A stretch of DNA of 57,337 nucleotides, counting the filler, from Platydemus manokwari (taxonomy: Eukaryota): the NCBI GenBank assembly GCA_037951405.1. It is 6 parts of 6 records of this genome, joined end to end, with 100 filler letters (N's around TTAATTAATTAA, not from the genome) between each part and the next. Parts side by side here need not be neighbours in the genome. Positions count along the whole stretch, not along the records: positions 48,516 to 57,337 come from JBBMOY011344204.1; 5 more parts are not named here. The stretch is one strand, 5' to 3'. Within the stretch, counting starts at the first letter, position 1; the number at the start of each line of letters is the position of its first letter. The notes below the pieces were generated by a model that saw nothing but the letters and a program-made list of their open reading frames with translations, searched no databases and had not been told where the DNA came from. Below are positions 51,200 through 57,337 of this stretch, piece after piece. The position numbers and the translations under genes were made by a program.

Positions 51200-52070
51200 C
51201 AATGAGCAACAAATTCAACCAGTCATCAAATACAATTCGTAATCACAATACACCATCAATAGATATCACTCAAAATGGGATAAGCACCATACATTGATTC
51301 ATACATTGATAAGTTAGCAATTTCTCCCACATCTCTCGTGCCATTGGTGAATCTTTGTTTTCGTTGCCATTTGTCGGAATGCGCTGGTCAATTATAAACA
51401 ATTTAAGTGTACATCGTATAGAAATTGAATAATTTGAAAATACTAGTAAATGAATGGTTATCAATGCATAAAAGTAGTTTAAAGTTAATAAACAGGAAAT
51501 AATTTTGGAATTATAAAAAATAGAATACATAATTGAATGAGTGTTGACAAGGGTAAATACAGAAATTAGAAATTTGAGTTGAAATGTCTTCATAATAAAT
51601 GAATATACAGTATTAAGTATTTAATATTGGAGTCAATTTCTATAATAATTGAAATAAGAGAACCATCCGTTGCAAGGTTCGATGTTCCTATATATAGTTT
51701 ACTATTCTCTGAGATCCCCGCTGATATGGATTTAATTAACATCCCAATCAACCCTGAAACGAACAGCCAATATCCGTTAGAAAACATCAGTCAATATCAT
51801 TCAATCAAACCCAAATCTCAATTCCCTAGAAATTAAAACAGCCATACAATAACAACAGTATTGGAAAGTAATTAGACACTGCAGATAACCCAGGAAAATA
51901 CAGAAAACACCCATTCCCAAACGAGTAGTCCATTCGAAACGTGAGGACACGTTTTCTTGTGCCCCAGTAGTGTTGAGGTCCTGGCCAACGAATTAATTAA
52001 CAACGGAAAAAAACCATTTGCAACACTACATACATTTTTGTGCATGACAGTAAGAATAAAATATGCATTA
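51200..52070 (+). pseudogene. Long decayed intronless reading frame of unknown origin
   Basis: One frame stays protein-like across scattered stops (SHISRAIGESLFSLPFVGMRW..; IIIEIREPSVARFDVPIYSLLFSEIP..; ..VEVLANELINNGKKPFATLHTFLC). Confidence 0.35.
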
Positions 52071-54043
52071 ATTTTTATTATTAATTTTCTTTAATCATCA
52101 TTTATTTTTTATATTTTGGCAGCTCTTTGAATTTATGAGCAAAAACAGTTTCAAATATTGTTATTTATAATAATTATTATTTATATATATATATAAGTTA
52201 AATAATAATATCAATAAAACCATCTGTAGCAAATCCATCGAAATTCCATAAAATAATAAAGTAATTTATAAAATATCAATAAGCAATAAGATTTTGCTCA
52301 TTAACAGTGACGAATAAAGTGTCATCTATTTTCGCACATGTAGATTCTATTACAGAATAAAATAATCACTCGATTAAATTTAATCGATATATATATTCTC
52401 TGTCTAATAAATATGTTCAGACAAAATTTCTCTCATCAGGGAATAAATTCTATCGATAAAGTAATAAATTCGCTGGCATTAGATTTAATCGCAGAAAATA
52501 TCACCGCTGTCTATATAAGGCAGTAATCACAATCAACAAGACACAATTTCACTGCCATTATTTTCACTGACGGAGTTTCGCTTCCATTATTTCATTACCA
52601 CGATTGTCGCAGTGAGATCAACCAATTATCGTATAAGGGAGAAGCCAATATCCCACAATTCAAAAAGCGCACAACAGAAGATCATTCGATGTAGAAGGAC
52701 GGGATCTTATATATGCCCAGTATCTTACTGGAAGACCCAAAATAAGACCCATTTGTGTAAAATACTTATTCATATTATATGTCATATTGTTATATTTCCT
52801 AATATCGAGTTTGTTGCACAAAAATTTTGAATTAAATTAGTTCTGCTCATTGAGTTAGAGTAAGTTACCGTTTCTTTTTCCAGGAGTTGTAAGGTTCGTT
52901 ATAAGTATATATTAATGTATATTATAGTTTTAAATTCTAGTTATCATTCATGTAGGAATTTTTAAATTGTAAATAATTTTCATATACATTAATATAGTTA
53001 AAAGTTTAAATAAGTTTTATAAAATTTGAAACTGATAGTTCAGTTAATTAGAATATATCACTAATGCTACACCTATTGCCTTCACATAATAAGGCTTTGC
53101 GAGGTGAAGGATATATCAACATAAAATATATTACACCTGTAATATTAATCAAGAGCTGATAAAGACTGAGTAAGACAATAGTGGCATCAAATATGATTAA
53201 GCTTAGTTAAACAAAAAAACCAATGAGGCCTGAAAAGAGCATACAATTAAAATTAAAAATAAAATAAAATTACATGAAATCTAAAAGTGCACATATAATT
53301 AAATTATGAAATAATCTCATGAGAAAATTCATCATTATGAAAAGAAAGCAGTGGACTCCTTTTCTTAACTTAAGCCAAATCCAACAATAGCTTCCAAACA
53401 ACTTCCAATTTGAATTATTTAATATTCATCGATGTAAAATTTCTGAATTAATTCTCAGAAAAAAATTATTATTTTTAATTTTTTAAAAATAAATTAAATT
53501 AGAACTCGATAACATTTTTTAATTATTAAATTTAAAATTTTATTAAAGTGTTTTTAGAAAATTTTAGTACTTTAAATATCTGAAAATATTTTTTAATTTA
53601 ATAATTCAAATAATTGAAATAAATTGATTAAAAAACTTATTTGATACTAATAAATTTTGTATTTCAATGAGAAAAGAATATTCTATGAAAGCTTATTATG
53701 TATAAATTTAAAATAAAAATTAACATATAAATAATATTTAATGTATAACATTATTTAATAAGAAATTTTATTGATTAATTTTCATTTATTAAATAAAAAA
53801 TTCATATATATATGCATGATTGTTCTTAATTAATAGTTAATTTAACTATTATTAAAATAATTTTAAAATAATATTATTTAATAATGAATTATTTTTTTAA
53901 TTGAGTTTCATTTAAATAAAAACTTATTTTAATTAAATTTTTTATTAAATGATTTAGTTAAAAAATAAATACAAATTGTTTTGTTTAAATATTATCAATA
54001 AATAATTTTAAATAATTTTATAAAGTTTTATAAAGTTTTATAA

Positions 54044-55130
54044 ATGGAACTTGACAAATCGACCTTTTCGAAAAACTTTGAAAATAAACCAATGTGTTTA
54101 ATTGTGATAGGAATGGCTGGTAGTGGAAAAACTTCATTTGTCAAAGCGCTCCGAGAATATTTAAATGAGTATGATAAACCTACCTATACAATAAATTTAG
54201 ACCCCGCTGTTCATTATTTACCATATTCACCAAATATAGGTAATTTTTGTTATTTGACACAATTTATAAAATAATAAATGTAAATTATTAGATATTCGTG
54301 ATTCAATTCATTATAAAGAAGTAATGAAAAAATACAATCTTGGCCCTAATGGTGCCATTTTAACATCTTTAAATTTATTTTCAACTGAAATGAAAGATGT
54401 TGTGGAATTGATTGATAAAAATTCCGGTTTAACAAATCACGTTATCATTGACACACCAGGTCAAATTGAGGTATTCAAATGGTCAGCATCAGGCAAAGTG
54501 ATTACTCAAACTCTAGCTTCATCATTTCCAACAGCAATTATTTATATTATTGATTGTTCTCGATGCACCAATCCAGCAACATTTATGTCAAATATGCTCT
54601 ACGCTACAGGTGTTGCTATCGAAAACGAATTGCCATTTGTTATGGCTATGAATAAGGTTTATTTTAATTTTTTTTTACTATCTTGATGATAAAATGCTAT
54701 TATATATATTTAATATTTAATTGATTTGTCTGATTTCTAGACTGACATTATCGATTGTTCCTATCTCGATAAATGGATGAGCGATGTTACCGTATTTCTC
54801 GAAGAGATGGATTCACACGATCTCGGATTTTCGACGAGTATGACGAGACAAATGGCTCTCATTCTCGATGAATTTTATGCTGATCTCAAACGTTGTGGTG
54901 TCTCTTCATACAACGGTGATGGTTTGAAAGATTTCCACGGTCTCTTGAAATCGGCACGTGAGGAATATTTCAATGTTTACTTGAAAGAGGTTCTAACACA
55001 AAAATCCGAAGAAGTTGATATGGAGGACAGCATTTTCATTGGTCGTTATGATGATGAGGGTGATGAACAGGAATCCGAGGAGAATGAGGAGATTAATGAG
55101 GAGATGATTGGAGAAGATTTAGTTGTTTGA
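54044..55130 (+). CDS. GPN1: GPN-loop GTPase 1; exons 54044-54239, 54292-54656, 54741-55130
   Basis: [61 protein letters not shown]|TD and an acidic tail. The GT-AG introns of 52 and 84 nt are in the correct phase. Confidence 0.96.
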
Positions 55131-56549
55131 GATAATAAATTATTCGTTATAAATAGTATCTGAAGATCAACTTTGTGTTCGTTGTCTTGGTTACATCTTT
55201 ATAAAGATTTACCATTTTATTATTTACTACTTAAAATTTGTCAATAGTTTGAATTTATTAATTAATTGAAATGTTTTTATCAGTGAGTAAAAATTAATTG
55301 AGAAAATATTGAGTTTCTGAGTTTGTAAAAATACCAAATTAATATCACAACAGTAATGGCAATTATAAAGTTGGTAATGTTCAAATCAATATCAGTGAGG
55401 TTATTTATAAAACAGTTAATTTCTTAATCTGTCCACGATTTTATCAATTTGCCTATTGTTATTCTAGTTTTAATGTATTATACTAATTTTTTCAACACTG
55501 ATATGGATATTTACTTCTAATTTATTTTATCTTTTTTTCAATATACAAATTGCTTTTTGATTTATTTCGTTATTCAAGCTCATGTTCGCTTGCACAATTT
55601 TTCTTATTTTGCTTTTTCAGTGTTTCGTGTTCTGTTAATCTATTATTATTATCTTTGTTTTTCAGCGAGGTTCCCATTTTCAAAATTTGAATTTGATTAT
55701 GTGATGAAATAAAGCAATCTTATGTTTCTCTTCAATTGTATTGCTTCTGTAGAAAGACTTTTAGTAACTTCATGCTAGCGATACCATTCTTGTCTTTATT
55801 TAATTTGTACATTAACTGAGGATGCAATGATAGATAGTACACCAAATCTATGTATTCTCTTACAAGGAGTATTTGTGACTGTTTAACCTGCAAGTGCTTG
55901 TCCTCCTTAATTGATCTGACTATTGAGAATGTGATTACGGATCTTGATTGTTTCTGTAAAATGTCATGATCGTTAATTATAATTTTGACATTTTGAGTCA
56001 GTAAATATCGTGACAATTGTTACTGTTAGTCTAATGCATTGCTCATGCAAATCCATCGCGGAAAATCTTATAATAATTTGTAATAAATAAATTAAATGAT
56101 TCAACAAAATAATATACTTGAATTATTTATCTAATATCACAATCTTTCAACGAAATGAAAATCAGTATTTATAGTGTTTTTATTGATGCCATTCATAAGC
56201 CCAGCAAATATAGCATTTACCAACTCTATCCGATAACTGTGGATATTATAAATATTTCATAATAAACATCGATGTGCTCATAGTTTCAAAAAATTTATAT
56301 TCTGTTAATCGTTAATATAATAAGTCTCACTAATTGAATGTAATACATATTCCGATAATCTAATCATGCAAGTATGCTTATCAATTCAGTATTTATCAAC
56401 AATTTTCCTGGAACTAATCAACACTCATTATTCAGTTTCTGAATGATTTAGTTACTTAAATACTTCATTTAATAAAACATATAATCAATCTTATATCTCA
56501 GCAGATTTGAAATAATAATTTATTTCGGATGTGGAAAAAAAACAAATTA

Positions 56550-57337
56550 GATAGATGAACACCCGAACAAAATTTTTATTGAAACAATATTTAAGAATTA
56601 AAATTTATCTTGATCTACCACACTTTTACATCGGTTTTCCAAATTGCAATCGCTACACAAATCCATTGCACTGTATCAAAAGCAAAAAAACAAAATAAAA
56701 TAAATTTATTAAATCACAAAGTCAAATGAAATCAAATGTTATCTGGGAATATTAAACGGATTTTTCTGATTTCCTTTTGCTTATAATCATATCGAGGTTG
56801 TTGCCATTCTTGTCGAAAACTGAAGGAAAATATAATCGATAGCAAACAAAATTCGATAGCTAATCCAATTGTAGCACCCACATATACGTCTAACAAATAA
56901 TCTTATAAAGAATTTTCATTTATTAATTCATTGTATAATTATCGACGAAGCCGAACAAATTTATCCATAAATAAAATATTGAAAAACAAGGCGAAAATAA
57001 AGAAAAGTCATGAAAATAATAAATAAAATAGAGATAATAACAAGATACTCAGTAATAATTGATGTCAATCTCTTTAGACAAATTTAAATTTCATAATAGC
57101 AAGGTTTCACTCTGATATTTCCGATTGTATTAATCCTATATTATTATTATTATTCTACAGAGTATTTAATAGTTCGTACAACCTGTATGATTGGAAAATA
57201 TAGATCGAAATAAAATTCGAAATAAAATAAAATACATACCAGTTCGTTCATATTTGCATCAAAATTTAATTCTGAAGTGTTAATATGTAGATTTGATATA
57301 TATATAGATTTTTGAAAATTCTAAACCTCAAATTTGT
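56550..57337 (-). pseudogene. Exon-like fragments of a multi-pass membrane protein with in-frame stops
   Basis: The acceptor and donor sites look real (ttcag..gtatgt; gttag). Translation gives VYVGATIGLAIEFCLLSIIFSFSFRQEW..*..FILFCFFAFDTVQWICVAIAIWK. Confidence 0.3.

Overview
AT-rich eukaryotic (metazoan, probably ciliated invertebrate) nuclear DNA. It is not one continuous locus: five identical 100-nt spacers (N44-TTAATTAATTAA-N44) join six unrelated contigs (1-8849, 8950-19409, 19510-28546, 28647-37634, 37735-48415, 48516-57337). Recognisable conserved genes are DHX8/Prp22 (5' part), LRRC71 (3' exons), snurportin-1, the 3' end of a FARP-like gene and GPN1. There is also an intronless 505-aa double-RING orphan gene. 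Between them lie decayed transposons (hAT-Buster, Ty3/Gypsy, Polinton/Maverick polB, possible Tc1/mariner and Penelope traces) and many broken multi-exon gene relics. The most striking observation is that contig 37735-48415 starts and ends with the same 77 bp. Joining the ends restores a spliced F-type lectin + PAN gene with an intron position matching its paralogue. The contig therefore behaves as a 10,604-bp circle (or a collapsed tandem unit) whose only clearly intact gene is the double-RING ORF. All gene calls come from reading motifs by eye; no searches were run.
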